From positions 84,217-148,216 of the forward strand of contig NZ_JASGKZ010000002.1 of NCBI RefSeq assembly GCF_047600385.1: a stretch of 64,000 nucleotides of DNA. The letters run 5' to 3'. The position numbers and the translations under genes were made by a program. The notes below the pieces were generated by a model that was given only the letters and a program-made list of their open reading frames with translations, was not told where the DNA came from and searched no databases. Origin of the DNA: Gordonia sp. (in: high G+C Gram-positive bacteria) (lineage in GTDB: Bacteria; Actinomycetota; Actinomycetes; Mycobacteriales; Mycobacteriaceae). Positions within the stretch are counted from its first letter, which is position 1. Each line of letters opens with the position of its first letter. Below, one piece after another: positions 1 through 10,751 of this stretch.

Positions 1-1
1 C

Positions 2-1219
2 CACGCCCGCCAGCGTCGCGACGCCCACCCCGAGGGCACGCTCGTCGACGTCGAAGTTCGGCTGGTGCAGATCGCACTGCGGTCCGACGCCGGACCACAC
101 GCCCAGGCGCGCCATCGCCCCCGGCACGTGCTGCAGATACCAGGCGAAGTCCTCGCCGCCGGCCGACTGCGGGGTGTCCACCTCGGCGTCCGGTCCCATC
201 GCCACCACCGCGCGGCGCAGCAGGCCGACGGCCTCGTCGTCGTTCACCACCGGCGGCACGCCGCGGACGTAGGTGAGGTCGTAGCTGACGCCGAGCGGCG
301 CCAGGAGCTCCCCGACGATGCTGCGGACCAGCGGTTCGAGCTCGTCCCAGACCTCGTGTGAGCCGGTGCGGACGGTGCCGCGCATGCGGCCCTCCTGCGG
401 GATCGCGTTCGGGGCGTCGCCGGAGTGCACCGCGCCCCAGCTCATCACCGTGCCCGAGCGCGGGTCCACGCGGCGCGCGAGGATGCCCGGCAGGCCGGTG
501 ATCAGGGTGCCCATCGCGTAGACCAGGTCGGCGGTGAGGTGCGGACGCGAGGTGTGCCCGCCCGGACCGTGCAGGTGGACCTCGATCCGGTCGGCGGCCG
601 AGGTGAGCGGGCCCGAACGGAGGCCGACGGTCCCGGCCTGCAGGTGCGGCTCGCAGTGCAGCGCGAAGATCCGCGACAGCCCGTCGGTGACTCCGGCGTC
701 GATCGCGTCGAGCGCGCCGCCGGGCATCACCTCCTCGGCGGCCTGGAAGATCAGCCGGGCGCTGAACGGCAGTCCCGCACCGGGCGTCTGGGCGGCGCCC
801 GGTTCGTCGGAGCCGACCCCGGCGAGCAGGCAGCCGACGCCCATCAGGATCGCCGAGTGCGCGTCGTGCCCGCAGGAGTGCGAGACGCCGTCGACCCGCG
901 AGGTGAACGGCAGCCCCGTCTGCTCGGGGACCGGCAACGCATCCAGGTCGGCGCGCAGGCCGATGCGCGGACGGTCGGCCGGCCCGATGTCGCAGACCAC
1001 GCCGGTGCCCTGCGGCAGGACCACCGGGCTCAGCCCCGCCCCGGTCAGCACGTCGACCACCTTGGCGGTGGTGGCGAACTCCCCGCGGGAGAGCTCCGGC
1101 GCGGCGTGGATCTCCCGACGCCAGGTGATCACCTGGTCCAGGTTCGCCTCGAGCCACGACGTGATCGCCGGGTGGACGTGCGCGGTCGACATCACCGCGG
1201 GGACGGGACCGTCGTGCAT
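2..1219 (-). CDS. M20 family amidohydrolase/peptidase (runs off window start)
   Basis: Manual translation from ATG at 1219 (TGATG overlap with upstream gene): ...ITWRREIHAAPELSRGEFATT...; near the window edge ...DLHQPNFDVDERALGV..., typical M20 motifs. Absent from the ORF track because its stop lies outside the window. Confidence 0.85.
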   Translation of the reverse strand, partial: MHDGPVPAVMSTAHVHPAITSWLEANLDQVITWRREIHAAPELSRGEFATTAKVVDVLTGAGLSPVVLPQGTGVVCDIGPADRPRIGLRADLDALPVPEQTGLPFTSRVDGVSHSCGHDAHSAILMGVGCLLAGVGSDEPGAAQTPGAGLPFSARLIFQAAEEVMPGGALDAIDAGVTDGLSRIFALHCEPHLQAGTVGLRSGPLTSAADRIEVHLHGPGGHTSRPHLTADLVYAMGTLITGLPGILARRVDPRSGTVMSWGAVHSGDAPNAIPQEGRMRGTVRTGSHEVWDELEPLVRSIVGELLAPLGVSYDLTYVRGVPPVVNDDEAVGLLRRAVVAMGPDAEVDTPQSAGGEDFAWYLQHVPGAMARLGVWSGVGPQCDLHQPNFDVDERALGVGVATLAGV

Positions 1220-1914
1220 CAGAGCAGGGTGGCCGGGGTCGGCACGTCCAGTGCTTCCAGGAGCGGGAACCGCAGGCCGCGCTTGATGACGGCCTGGTTC
1301 GCGTTCACCAGGCCCGCGCGCTCGCGGGCCACCTCGGCGGCCCGGTCGAGCAGCGCCTCGGCGTCGACGGCCTCGTCGACGATCCCGGCGGCGACGGCGT
1401 CGTCGGCGCCGTAGCGGCGGCTGGTGAGCATCGCCTCGGTGGCGGTCGCGTCGGGGACGCGGGTGCGCACCAGAGCGGCCATGCCGCGGGTGAACGGCAT
1501 CGAGAGCGCGGCCTCGGGCAGCGACCAGTAGCCGCGGCCGGTGCGCATGATCCGGTGGTCCGCGCAGAGGGCGAGCATGGCGCCCGCACCGAAGGCGTGG
1601 CCGTTGACCGCCGCGATGACCGGCGCCGGAACCGTCAGCACCTTGGTGTAGAGCGCGTGGACCTTGTCCAGGTAGGCGGGCAGCTCGCTGAAGTTCGCCG
1701 CGACGTAGTCGGTGTCCAGACCGTTGGTGAAGAACTTGCCGGTGGCGGTCAGCACGACCGGCTTGTTCGCGGCGACGGCCTCGTCGAGGGCTGCGACGGC
1801 CTCGTCGATCCACTGCAGGCCGAACCGATTCTCCGGATTGTTCTCGTCCAGCTCCACGCCGGGCGAGCCCAGGAAAACGACGGCGGCATCCTCGGTGAGG
1901 TTCAGATATGGCAT
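1219..1914 (-). CDS. Enoyl-CoA hydratase/isomerase family protein
   Basis: FFTNGLD and [21 protein letters not shown] crotonase motifs. Confidence 0.85.
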   Translation of the reverse strand: MPYLNLTEDAAVVFLGSPGVELDENNPENRFGLQWIDEAVAALDEAVAANKPVVLTATGKFFTNGLDTDYVAANFSELPAYLDKVHALYTKVLTVPAPVIAAVNGHAFGAGAMLALCADHRIMRTGRGYWSLPEAALSMPFTRGMAALVRTRVPDATATEAMLTSRRYGADDAVAAGIVDEAVDAEALLDRAAEVARERAGLVNANQAVIKRGLRFPLLEALDVPTPATLL

Positions 1915-1967
1915 GGCACAGACTCTATCGCTGCCGGGTGTCGTACCCGGCGTTTAGGGTTGGCGGC

Positions 1968-2780
1968 ATGGACCCCACCCATGAACCGGACGCCGCCGCC
2001 TTCGCCGCCGCGGCCACCATCGCCACCGAAACCGATTGCCGCAGGCATGATGTCGCGATCGTGCTGGGGTCCGGGTGGGCGCCGGCCGCCGACGCCTTCG
2101 GGCCGCCGATCGCCACGCTCCCGATGACGTCGATCCCCGGTTTCAGCTCACCGTCGGCGCGCGGCCACGGCGGCCGGGTGCTCTCGGTGCGGGTCGGCAC
2201 GTCGCGGGTGCTGGTGATGCTCGGCCGCGTGCACGCGTACGAGGGGCATGCGCTCGCCCGCGTGGTGCATCCGGTCCGCACCGCGGCCGCGGCGGGGGTG
2301 CACACCGTGGTCCTGACCAACGCCGCGGGCGGCATCCGCGACGACCTCACGGTGGGCCGGCCGGTGCTCATCAGCGATCAACTCAATCTGACCGGGCGCT
2401 CACCGCTGGCCGGGGCGCACTTCGTGAACATGGTCGACGCGTATTCGCCGCGGCTGCGGGAGATCGCGCGCGAGGTGGACCCGACCCTCGCCGAGGGCGT
2501 GTACGCCGGGCTGCCGGGCCCGCAGTACGAGACCCCCGCGGAGATCCGCATGCTCGCGACGATGGGGGCCGATCTGGTCGGGATGTCCACGGTGCACGAG
2601 ACCATCGCGGCCCGGGCCGCCGGGATCGACGTCCTCGGGCTCTCCCTGGTCACCAATGCGGCGGCGGGGATCACCGGTGAGGCGCTCGATCATCAGGAGG
2701 TCCTCGCCGTGGGCCGGGAGTCGGCGACCCGGATGGGTGCGCTGCTGGTCGAGACGGTCGCGGCGCTGGGCGACCGGTGA
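1968..2780 (+). CDS. punA: Purine nucleoside phosphorylase
   Basis: [39 protein letters not shown] motifs; start chosen at ATG 1968. Confidence 0.92.
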   Translation: MDPTHEPDAAAFAAAATIATETDCRRHDVAIVLGSGWAPAADAFGPPIATLPMTSIPGFSSPSARGHGGRVLSVRVGTSRVLVMLGRVHAYEGHALARVVHPVRTAAAAGVHTVVLTNAAGGIRDDLTVGRPVLISDQLNLTGRSPLAGAHFVNMVDAYSPRLREIAREVDPTLAEGVYAGLPGPQYETPAEIRMLATMGADLVGMSTVHETIAARAAGIDVLGLSLVTNAAAGITGEALDHQEVLAVGRESATRMGALLVETVAALGDR

Positions 2781-4405
2781 CGCTGCGTTTCGGCACCGCG
2801 GGCCTGCGCGGCCCGGTCCGCGAGGGGCCGGACGGGATGAACGTCGAGACCGTCACGCGTGCCACCGCGGGACTGGCCGCGTGGCTCCGCGCGCGCGGGG
2901 AGGCCGGCGGGACCGTGGTGGTCGGGCGCGATGCGCGCCACGGTTCGGAGGCCTTCTTCGCCGCGACCACCGAGGTGCTGGCGGCGGCGGGGTTCGACGT
3001 GGTCGCGCTGCCCGAACCGGGTCCGACGCCGCTGGTCGCGTTCGCGACGCGTCGGCTGGGCGCGGTGGCCGGGGTGATGATCACCGCGTCGCACAATCCC
3101 CCGGAGGACAACGGCTACAAGGTGTATCTCGGCGCCGGGAGCGAAGCGAGCGGGCTCGGGGTCGCCGGGGCACAGCTGATCGAACCGGCCGATCGCGAGA
3201 TCGAGGCCTGCATCGACGCCGCGCCACCGGCGCGGGCGGTCGCGCGACGGCCGGTGACCCCCAATGCGCGGGCGCGGCGGGTGCGGGCGCAGTACCTCGA
3301 TCGCCTCGACGAGCGGTTCGGGCCCGCGGTGGCCGGGACCGTCCGGATCGCGCTCACGCCGATGCACGGGGTGGGCGGCGCGCTGGCCTGCGATGCGCTC
3401 GTGCGGGCCGGATTCGACCGCCTCCACGTGGTGGACGAGCAGTTCGCGCCCGATCCCGATTTCCCCACCGTCGCCTTCCCGAACCCGGAGGAGCCCGGTG
3501 CCACCGATGCGTTGTTGGAGCTGGCGGCGGACCGGAACGCGGATCTGGCGATCGCGCTGGACCCGGATGCCGACCGGTGTGCGGTCGGCATCCGGGAGTC
3601 CGACGGCCGCTGGCGGATGCTCACCGGCGACGAGACCGGTGCGCTCCTGGGTGCTCGGATCCTCGACGATCTGGGGCTCGACGACCCCGGCGAGCCCGAC
3701 GGCAGCGTTCCCGAGGAGGCCGGTGAACGCGGGGACGGAGGTCGTCGGGACCGGGCCGCCCGACCGGTGATCGCGTCGTCGATCGTCTCCGGGACCCTGC
3801 TGCACCGCATGGCGACCGCACGGGGCGCCGATGCCCGCCGCACGCCGACCGGTTTCAAGTGGCTGGTCCGGGCCGGGGAGCCGCTGGTGTTCGCCTACGA
3901 GGAGGCGCTCGGTCACTGCGTGGACCCGGAGGCCGTCCGGGACAAGGACGGGATCAGCGCCGCCGTGGCCCTGGCCCGGATCGCGCAGGGGCGCGCCGAC
4001 CGCGGGAGCTCCCTCGCCGAGGCCCTCGCCGAGTTGCGGACCGGCTACGGCACGCACGTCACCGCGCAGCGCAGTCTGCGCATGGGCGATCCGGCCGACA
4101 TCGCCGCACTGATGGCCGACTTCCGGACCGCGCCGCCGACCGCACCGGGCGGCTTCGGCGTCGTCGTCCGTGATCTGCTGTCGGCGGAGCCGTCGATCGA
4201 TGCCGTCGAGTTGACCGGAACCGATCCGTCGGGGTCTCGGCTGCGTATCGTGGTGCGGCCCAGCGGCACCGAACCCAAACTCAAGTACTACGGGGAACTG
4301 GCGACCGCACCCGGTGCACCTGGGACGGCGGCGACCCTGACCGCGCAGCTGACCGGGATACTGGAAGAATTGCCGGACCGGCCCCGGAGGAGGAACACGC
4401 CATGA
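2777..4405 (+). CDS. pmmB: Phospho-sugar mutase (phosphomannomutase/phosphopentomutase family)
   Basis: [31 protein letters not shown] motifs. Confidence 0.9.
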   Translation: MTLRFGTAGLRGPVREGPDGMNVETVTRATAGLAAWLRARGEAGGTVVVGRDARHGSEAFFAATTEVLAAAGFDVVALPEPGPTPLVAFATRRLGAVAGVMITASHNPPEDNGYKVYLGAGSEASGLGVAGAQLIEPADREIEACIDAAPPARAVARRPVTPNARARRVRAQYLDRLDERFGPAVAGTVRIALTPMHGVGGALACDALVRAGFDRLHVVDEQFAPDPDFPTVAFPNPEEPGATDALLELAADRNADLAIALDPDADRCAVGIRESDGRWRMLTGDETGALLGARILDDLGLDDPGEPDGSVPEEAGERGDGGRRDRAARPVIASSIVSGTLLHRMATARGADARRTPTGFKWLVRAGEPLVFAYEEALGHCVDPEAVRDKDGISAAVALARIAQGRADRGSSLAEALAELRTGYGTHVTAQRSLRMGDPADIAALMADFRTAPPTAPGGFGVVVRDLLSAEPSIDAVELTGTDPSGSRLRIVVRPSGTEPKLKYYGELATAPGAPGTAATLTAQLTGILEELPDRPRRRNTP

Positions 4406-5010
4406 GTTACGGCTATCAACACGGATACCCGATGGCACCGCCTCCACCTCCGCCGAATCGGACACCGCAGATCCTGGCGGGTGTCGCGGTCGCGGTCGCG
4501 CTGATCGCCGCCGTCGTCGTCGCGTTCCTGTTCCTCGGCAAGAACGAGAACGACGACCGGGCCGTGGCCGACACGCCCACGGTGGTGACCGTGACCGAGT
4601 CGACGGCGGGGCAACCGGCCCCGGGCACCGTCACCACGGTGGTGCCGCACACCGTGACCACCACGCCGCCCGACACCGGCACCGGCGCGGTGAGCGTGTC
4701 GGGAGCCGATCAGCGCGGGTTCTTCTCCGGACCGCGCTGCAACGCCGCCGACGACCCGGCGATGTTCATCGGTCAGACCGGACGCTCGCGCGTGGTGATC
4801 TGCCAGGTGGGCGCCCAGACCGGGCGGTACTACTACCTGGGACACGCGAACGGGAACACCATCGAGATCGGTTATCCGACGCGCTCGGGTTCCACGTTCA
4901 CCGCGGTCAACGGCGGCACCAGCTATGTCGTGTCGCCGTCGGCGCTGGTCATCACCCAGGGCGGCCGGACGCTCTCGAACGAGCCGATGGTGCAGTCCTG
5001 GGTGCGGTAG
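4402..5010 (+). CDS. Membrane-anchored hypothetical protein (Pro-rich N-terminus, TM helix, Thr-rich linker, Cys-containing C-terminal domain)
   Basis: ATGA overlap with pmmB stop; hydrophobic segment ILAGVAVAVALIAAVVVAFLFL. Confidence 0.7.
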   Translation: MSYGYQHGYPMAPPPPPPNRTPQILAGVAVAVALIAAVVVAFLFLGKNENDDRAVADTPTVVTVTESTAGQPAPGTVTTVVPHTVTTTPPDTGTGAVSVSGADQRGFFSGPRCNAADDPAMFIGQTGRSRVVICQVGAQTGRYYYLGHANGNTIEIGYPTRSGSTFTAVNGGTSYVVSPSALVITQGGRTLSNEPMVQSWVR

Positions 5011-5035
5011 ACCCGATCCGGGCGGGTCGGCGCGG

Positions 5036-5695
5036 TCAGATGTTGCGCGGACCGAACTGCCGGTCTCCGGCGTCGCCGAGTCCCGGCACGATGTAGGAGT
5101 CCTCGTTCAGCCCGGCGTCCACCGCACCGATCACCAGGCGGAGGGTGCGGCCGGGACCGGCGTGTCCCGAGTCCCGGAGCGCGGCGACGCCCTCGGGCGC
5201 GCCGACGACGCAGACCGCGGTCACGTCGGTGGCACCGCGGCGGGCCAGGATCTCCAGCGTGTAGATCAGTGAACCGCCGGTGGCCAGCATCGGGTCGAGC
5301 ACGTACACGTGCCGTCCGGCGAGGTCTTCCGGCAGCGAGGCCAGGTACTCGTGCGGGAGCGCGGTCTCCTCGTCGCGCGCGACGCCCACGAAACCGACCT
5401 GCGCATCCGGGACCAGGGAGAGCGCGGCGTCGAGCATGCCGAGTCCGGCGCGCAGCACCGGGACGAAGAGCGGCTGTCCCGCCAACTCCACCCCGTCGGC
5501 CGGGCCGACCGGCGTCCGCACCCGTATCGGTGCGGTGGGCTCGCCGGCGAGCGCCTCGTAGATCAGCAGCTGACTGATCTTGGTGAGATGCGTGCGGAAC
5601 TCTCCGTTCGGGGTGCTTTCGTCGCGCAGCACCGCCATCCGGGACTGCACCACCGGGTGCATCACGACCTGCAGATCCAGCGAAGCGTCATCCAT
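5036..5695 (-). CDS. upp: Uracil phosphoribosyltransferase
   Basis: VPVLRAGLGM, LDPMLATGGS, YIVPGLGDAGDRQFG. Confidence 0.95.
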   Translation of the reverse strand: MDDASLDLQVVMHPVVQSRMAVLRDESTPNGEFRTHLTKISQLLIYEALAGEPTAPIRVRTPVGPADGVELAGQPLFVPVLRAGLGMLDAALSLVPDAQVGFVGVARDEETALPHEYLASLPEDLAGRHVYVLDPMLATGGSLIYTLEILARRGATDVTAVCVVGAPEGVAALRDSGHAGPGRTLRLVIGAVDAGLNEDSYIVPGLGDAGDRQFGPRNI

Positions 5696-5775
5696 GCCGA
5701 GAAAGACTACGGGCCGGGCGGCGATTCGTTCGGCGCGTCGTGGAACCGAACTCGCCTCCGCTGCGTCTAAACACC

Positions 5776-6075
5776 ATGAAGCCACTCATCGTCACCGAAC
5801 CGACCCTCACCACCATCGCCGGCCGCCAGACCGCGGCCGCCGGACTCGTCGCCGAACGGGCCGCCGCCGAGCGGTTCGACGCCGCCGTGTTCGCCCCCGC
5901 CTTCGGGCTCATCGGAGCCCCGTTCCTGTCCGCGCTCGCCTCGACCATGAGCACGCGGGCCGCCCGCCTCGATGCGCTCGCCGCCGCACACGCGGGCCAG
6001 GCCGCCGGCACCACGACGGCCGCCGCCCTCTACCGCGGCACCGACGCCGCCGGAGCGACGGAGATGACGGCATGA
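5776..6075 (+). CDS. Small Ala-rich type VII secretion target / EspC-like protein
   Basis: About 99 aa, FAPAFGLIGAPF motif, ends with YRGTD (YxxxD/E T7SS signal), coupled to the NlpC/P60 gene. Confidence 0.65.
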   Translation: MKPLIVTEPTLTTIAGRQTAAAGLVAERAAAERFDAAVFAPAFGLIGAPFLSALASTMSTRAARLDALAAAHAGQAAGTTTAAALYRGTDAAGATEMTA

Positions 6076-7079
6076 GCTTCGAGTTCCTCATCGCGCCCCT
6101 GCGGATGCTCATCTCCGCGCTCGGCACCGGCGAACTGCCGGCCGGTGGCCCGGTCAGCACGTTGGCCGCGTCCCGGTCGGCCCTCGATCAGGCTGCCGGA
6201 CTCGCCCGCGGCGTCGCGGCCGAGGCCTCGGCGGGCTGGCAGGGCCGGGGCGGACTCGCCGCCGGAGCCCGGGCGACCACGTCGGCCGCCGACGCCTCGA
6301 CCACCGGGTCCGACGGCGCCGACATCGCCGCGCTGGTCCAGAGCGCGGCCGCCCGCGTGAAGCAGGCCAACACCGAGCTCAACGCCCTCGCCGACGGGTT
6401 CGTGGCCGCAGCGAACACCGCCGCCCCCACCATGACCCCGGCCGCGCTGCTCGCGTTGGTGCCGATCGCGGCCGAGCACGTCGGACGCGGTCTCGGTGTC
6501 GTGAACCGGACGCAGTCCGAGTTGGCCGCCGACGCGGAGGGGCTGACCCGATATCAGGCCCCCGCCGAGGTCGCGGCCGTCGGCACCGCCGGTGCGGGCC
6601 CTGACTCCGGAGCATCGGCCGTTCCCGCTTCCGACCCCGCGACTTCCGACCCCGCGGCCTCTGACCCCGCGGCCTCCGCCGCTCCCGGCCGGGTACCGAT
6701 CACCCTGCCCGACGGATCGGTCTCGTACGCACCGAACGAGCGCGCGGCCAAGGCCGTCCAGGCCGCGCTGAGTCAACGCGGAGTGCCCTACGTCTGGGGC
6801 GGCACCACGCCTTCCGGGTTCGACTGCAGCGGCCTCACCCAGTGGTCCTACCGGCAGGCCGGCCTGGAGATCCCGCGGCTCGCCCAGGAACAGGACACCG
6901 CCGGTTTCGCGGTCACCCAGTCGCAGTTGCAGCCGGGTGATCTGGCGGTCTGGAGCGGCCACGTCGCGATGTACGTGGGAAACGGTCAGATGGTGGAAGC
7001 AGGCGATCCAGTGCAGGTGGGTCCGGTCCGGACCACCAACCTGGACCAGACCTTCGAGGGCTTCTACCGGCCACGGTAG
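6072..7079 (+). CDS. NlpC/P60 (C40) peptidoglycan endopeptidase with helical N-terminal domain
   Basis: C-terminal GVPYVWGGTTPSGFDCSGLTQWSY...QPGDL...GHVAMY; ATGA overlap at 6072. Confidence 0.88.
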   Translation: MSFEFLIAPLRMLISALGTGELPAGGPVSTLAASRSALDQAAGLARGVAAEASAGWQGRGGLAAGARATTSAADASTTGSDGADIAALVQSAAARVKQANTELNALADGFVAAANTAAPTMTPAALLALVPIAAEHVGRGLGVVNRTQSELAADAEGLTRYQAPAEVAAVGTAGAGPDSGASAVPASDPATSDPAASDPAASAAPGRVPITLPDGSVSYAPNERAAKAVQAALSQRGVPYVWGGTTPSGFDCSGLTQWSYRQAGLEIPRLAQEQDTAGFAVTQSQLQPGDLAVWSGHVAMYVGNGQMVEAGDPVQVGPVRTTNLDQTFEGFYRPR

Positions 7080-7089
7080 TCTCTTGCGC

Positions 7090-8382
7090 ATGGCCGGAGA
7101 CATCGTCCCCATTGAACTCGGACTGACCGACGGAAATCTGTTCACCCTGTGGGCTCCTCGCTGGCGCGAGGGCGAGGACGAGTGGGAGGCGTTCCTCGGT
7201 CTCGACGAGGACCTCTACGGCTTCGACTCGGTCGCCGCGCTCGCCGCGTTCGTCCGGACCGACGACGAGAACGACCTCGCCGATCACCCGCAGTGGGAGA
7301 CCGTCAAGAAGCTGCAGGCCGAGGAGCTGATCCCGGACGGCAAGCACAGCTACGACCTGATCGGGGTCCCCGAGCTGGCCGCCGAGGATCCGCGCGGCGA
7401 GGTGATCGCCGAGCTCGAGAACGCGCTGGAGATCACCCGGATCATCGGTGAGGTCTGCGATCTGGCACCGATCAACAAGTTCTTCACGGCCAATCAGATC
7501 CTCTCGGCGGTCACCATCGGCACCGAGAACTTCCGGGGCCGCGAGGGCGTGGACCTGTGGGTGCGCATCGGCCGACTGATCGCCAAGCACTGGGACGACG
7601 TGATCGATGCGCTCGACGACGTCGTGAGCACCCCGGAGGTCGACGCCGACGCGCTGACCGTCGCCGAGGACGAGCTCGACGCCGCGGCCTCCGCCGAGGA
7701 CGAGGACGAGCCGGAGTTCGATCCGGTGGATCCGCTCCACGCCGACGACTCCGACGATCAGGACGAGGACGAGTCCGACGACGAGGATGCGGAAGACGAC
7801 GCCGAGGACGAGGAGGACGAGGATCTGGGTTTCTGGGGCGAGGTCGGTATCGACCCGATCCGGGTCTACACCGACGAGGGCGAGTTCCTGACCCTGCGCT
7901 GCTACATCGGCGAGGACTACAAGCCGCTGTTCCTGGGCAGCAAGGGCACCGTCTACGGCTTCACGTCGGAGCGCTCGCTCACCCGTTTCCTCGCCGAGAA
8001 CAACAGCCATTCGCTGGCCAAGCTCTCGACCTTCGATCAGGTCCGGTCCCTGGCGAACGGCGGCGAGCTGACGTACGACGTGCTCGAGGAGAACGTGTAC
8101 GCGTTGCCCGGCCTCGACGAGGACCTGCTGGCCGGTCCCCGTGCGGTGGACGGCCGTCAGCTCGACCTCGCCGTCGAACTGCTCAGCGATGCCGCCGAGT
8201 ACGCCGGTGTCGACACCGTCGACGAGGCGCTGGGCAAGACCACTCCCCTCGGTTGGCTGGTCGACTACGCGATCAACCCGGATCCGGACCGGCTGGCGCC
8301 GTCCGGCCCGTACGACAACGAGTCCGAGGCCTGGCGCGCCCTGGTCAACGACTTCGAGGAGCGCTTCGTCCGACGCGGCTGA
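7090..8382 (+). CDS. Conserved actinobacterial hypothetical protein (Rv3311-like) with Asp/Glu-rich tract
   Basis: MAGDIVPIELGLTDGNLFTLWAPRWRE start; syntenic position between upp and add. Confidence 0.75.
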   Translation: MAGDIVPIELGLTDGNLFTLWAPRWREGEDEWEAFLGLDEDLYGFDSVAALAAFVRTDDENDLADHPQWETVKKLQAEELIPDGKHSYDLIGVPELAAEDPRGEVIAELENALEITRIIGEVCDLAPINKFFTANQILSAVTIGTENFRGREGVDLWVRIGRLIAKHWDDVIDALDDVVSTPEVDADALTVAEDELDAAASAEDEDEPEFDPVDPLHADDSDDQDEDESDDEDAEDDAEDEEDEDLGFWGEVGIDPIRVYTDEGEFLTLRCYIGEDYKPLFLGSKGTVYGFTSERSLTRFLAENNSHSLAKLSTFDQVRSLANGGELTYDVLEENVYALPGLDEDLLAGPRAVDGRQLDLAVELLSDAAEYAGVDTVDEALGKTTPLGWLVDYAINPDPDRLAPSGPYDNESEAWRALVNDFEERFVRRG

Positions 8383-8403
8383 CCGGGGCGCGTGCGGCGA
8401 CGC

Positions 8404-9552
8404 TCAGCCGATGAGGACCGCGTACCCGGGTTTGATCACCTCGTCGATCAGTGCGAGTCGCCGGTCGAACGGCAGGAACGCCGACTTCATCGCGTTCACG
8501 GTGAACCGCTCGAAATCGGCCCACCCGTAGCCGAAGGCGTCGTGGAGCACCATGAACTCGTTGCTCATCGTCGTATCGCTCATCAACCGGTTGTCGGTGT
8601 TCACGGTGACCCGGAACCGCAGCTGCGCGAGCACGTTGAACGGGTGCTGGTCGATCGAGGCCACCGCCCCGGTCTGCACGTTGCTGCTCGGGCACAGTTC
8701 GAGCGGGATCCGCTTGTCCCGCACGTAACTCGCGACCGGCCCCAGCACCGCGCCGGGATATCCGCGCTGGTCCGGCGTCGAACCGGAGGGCAGCGTGATG
8801 TCGTCGATCACCCGGACGCCGTGCCCCAGCCGGTCGGCCCCGCAGAACGAGAGCGCCTCGCGGATCGACGGCAGCCCGAACGCCTCCCCGGCGTGGATGG
8901 TGAAGTGCGAGCACTGCGACCGCATGTAGTCGAACGCCGCCTGGTGCCGGGTGGGCGGGTTGCCCGCCTCGGCGCCGGCGATGTCGAACCCGACCACTCC
9001 CCGGCCCTCGAACCGGACGGCGAGTTCGGCGATCTCCATCGACCGCGCCGCATGGCGCATGGCGGTCAGCAGACAACGGACGACGATGGGCCGCCCCGCC
9101 GCCCGGGCCAGCTCTTCGCCCTCGGCGAACCCCTCCAGCACGGCCTCGACCACCGCGTCCAGCGACAGCCCCCGCTCGGTGTGCAGCTCGGGCGCGAAAC
9201 GGACCTCCGCGTAGACCACGCCGTCGTCCGCCAGGTCTTCGGCGCACTCCCGGGCCACCCGGGTCAACGCCGACGCGGTCTGCATCACGCCGACGGTGTG
9301 CGCGAACGTCTCCAGGTAGGTCTCCAGCGATCCCGAGTTCGCCGCCGTCGCGAACCAGGCGCCGAGTGCGGCCGCCTCGTCCGCGGCTCCCCCGGGTCCG
9401 CTCGATCCGCCGACCGGCAGTCTGTCGTAGCCCGTCTCACGAGCCAGTTCGAGCACCGTGGCGGGCCGCAACCCGCCGTCGAGGTGGTCGTGCAGGAGCA
9501 CCTTCGGGGCCAGCCTGCACCGTTCCGGAGTGAGCGATTCATGAGTACCCAT
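8404..9552 (-). CDS. add: Adenosine deaminase
   Basis: [35 protein letters not shown]. Confidence 0.93.
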   Translation of the reverse strand: MGTHESLTPERCRLAPKVLLHDHLDGGLRPATVLELARETGYDRLPVGGSSGPGGAADEAAALGAWFATAANSGSLETYLETFAHTVGVMQTASALTRVARECAEDLADDGVVYAEVRFAPELHTERGLSLDAVVEAVLEGFAEGEELARAAGRPIVVRCLLTAMRHAARSMEIAELAVRFEGRGVVGFDIAGAEAGNPPTRHQAAFDYMRSQCSHFTIHAGEAFGLPSIREALSFCGADRLGHGVRVIDDITLPSGSTPDQRGYPGAVLGPVASYVRDKRIPLELCPSSNVQTGAVASIDQHPFNVLAQLRFRVTVNTDNRLMSDTTMSNEFMVLHDAFGYGWADFERFTVNAMKSAFLPFDRRLALIDEVIKPGYAVLIG

Positions 9553-9647
9553 GCCCCCACGGTAGGCCCCGCACCCGACTCCGGCTCGTCGAGCGGAGAG
9601 GGCGCTCCTCCGGCGAGGAGAAAACGGACGAAAGGCATGATGGTCGT

Positions 9648-10667
9648 ATGAGTGGACCCGACGAACCGCGCCCCGCACCGGACGACGACGCCCCGCCGGA
9701 GACGACGCTGCCGGGCACCCCCTACGACCAGAATCCGTCCGGCGGTCTCCCCGGCACCCCGTACAGCGCCGATCCCTACGACCGGAACCGGTACGACGCC
9801 GACTCGTACGGTCCGGGCCGGTACAGCGCAGATCAGTACGGTGCAGATCAGTACGGTTCGGGCCCCTATGGCGCGGACCCGTTCGGCCATCAGTTCGGCG
9901 CCGATCCGTTCGGGGTGTTCCCGCCGGCCGCACCGCTGCACCTGGCGCCTCGGCAACCCGAGCTCGGCACCGCCTTCCGCTGGGCGTGGACCAGGTTCAA
10001 AGCCGACGCCGGGGTGCTGGTCGGCGCCGCCGCGCTCTGGGCCGCGATCGTTCTCGGCGTGATCCTGGTGGTCTCGGTGATCGTCGGCGCGGTCGTCGTT
10101 GCCCTCGTCGGCGCCGACCTCGATCCCACCGACACCGACCTCGCCCTGCCCTTCGCCGGGATCGTCGCCACCACGATCGTCATGATCGTCGTGATGTCCG
10201 TGCTCATGGGCACCGCGGTCTCGTGCTGGATGGGCGGGATCCTGGCGATCGCCGACGGCGAGCAGGTCGACCTGGGTCACTTCTTCCGGCCGATCGCTTT
10301 CGGGCCGATCATGGCCGTCACGGTGATCGTCACGGTCTCCTCCGGCGCGTCCGACCTGTTCTTCAGCGAGTTCCTCGGCCTGCCCTGGATCTCCACCGCG
10401 GTCTCCCTGGTGATCAGCTTCTTCACCGTGTGGATGGTGTACTTCGCCGCCGATGTGCGCGCTCCGGTCGGCGACTCCCTGACCCACGGCATGAACCTCT
10501 CGACCGGCAACGCCGGCCCGACCATCGTGGTGCTTCTGATCTCCTCGCTGATCGTCCTCGCCGGGATGCTCGCCCTCCTCGTCGGCCTGCTCGTGGCGCT
10601 CCCGGTCTCCGGCCTGCTGATGGTGTACTACTTCCGCGCGCTGACCCGGCGTCCGCTCGCCCGATAG
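9648..10667 (+). CDS. Integral membrane protein with Pro/Tyr/Gly-rich repetitive N-terminus
   Basis: N-terminal YGADQ-like repeats, then several TM segments; high-GC3 codon pattern. Confidence 0.7.
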   Translation: MSGPDEPRPAPDDDAPPETTLPGTPYDQNPSGGLPGTPYSADPYDRNRYDADSYGPGRYSADQYGADQYGSGPYGADPFGHQFGADPFGVFPPAAPLHLAPRQPELGTAFRWAWTRFKADAGVLVGAAALWAAIVLGVILVVSVIVGAVVVALVGADLDPTDTDLALPFAGIVATTIVMIVVMSVLMGTAVSCWMGGILAIADGEQVDLGHFFRPIAFGPIMAVTVIVTVSSGASDLFFSEFLGLPWISTAVSLVISFFTVWMVYFAADVRAPVGDSLTHGMNLSTGNAGPTIVVLLISSLIVLAGMLALLVGLLVALPVSGLLMVYYFRALTRRPLAR

Positions 10668-10751
10668 CCGACCCCGTCGTCGTGGTTCTTGCCGCCCACC
10701 GACAAGAACCACGGCGCCCGGCGCACCGACCGACGGGAACCGCGACGTCGT

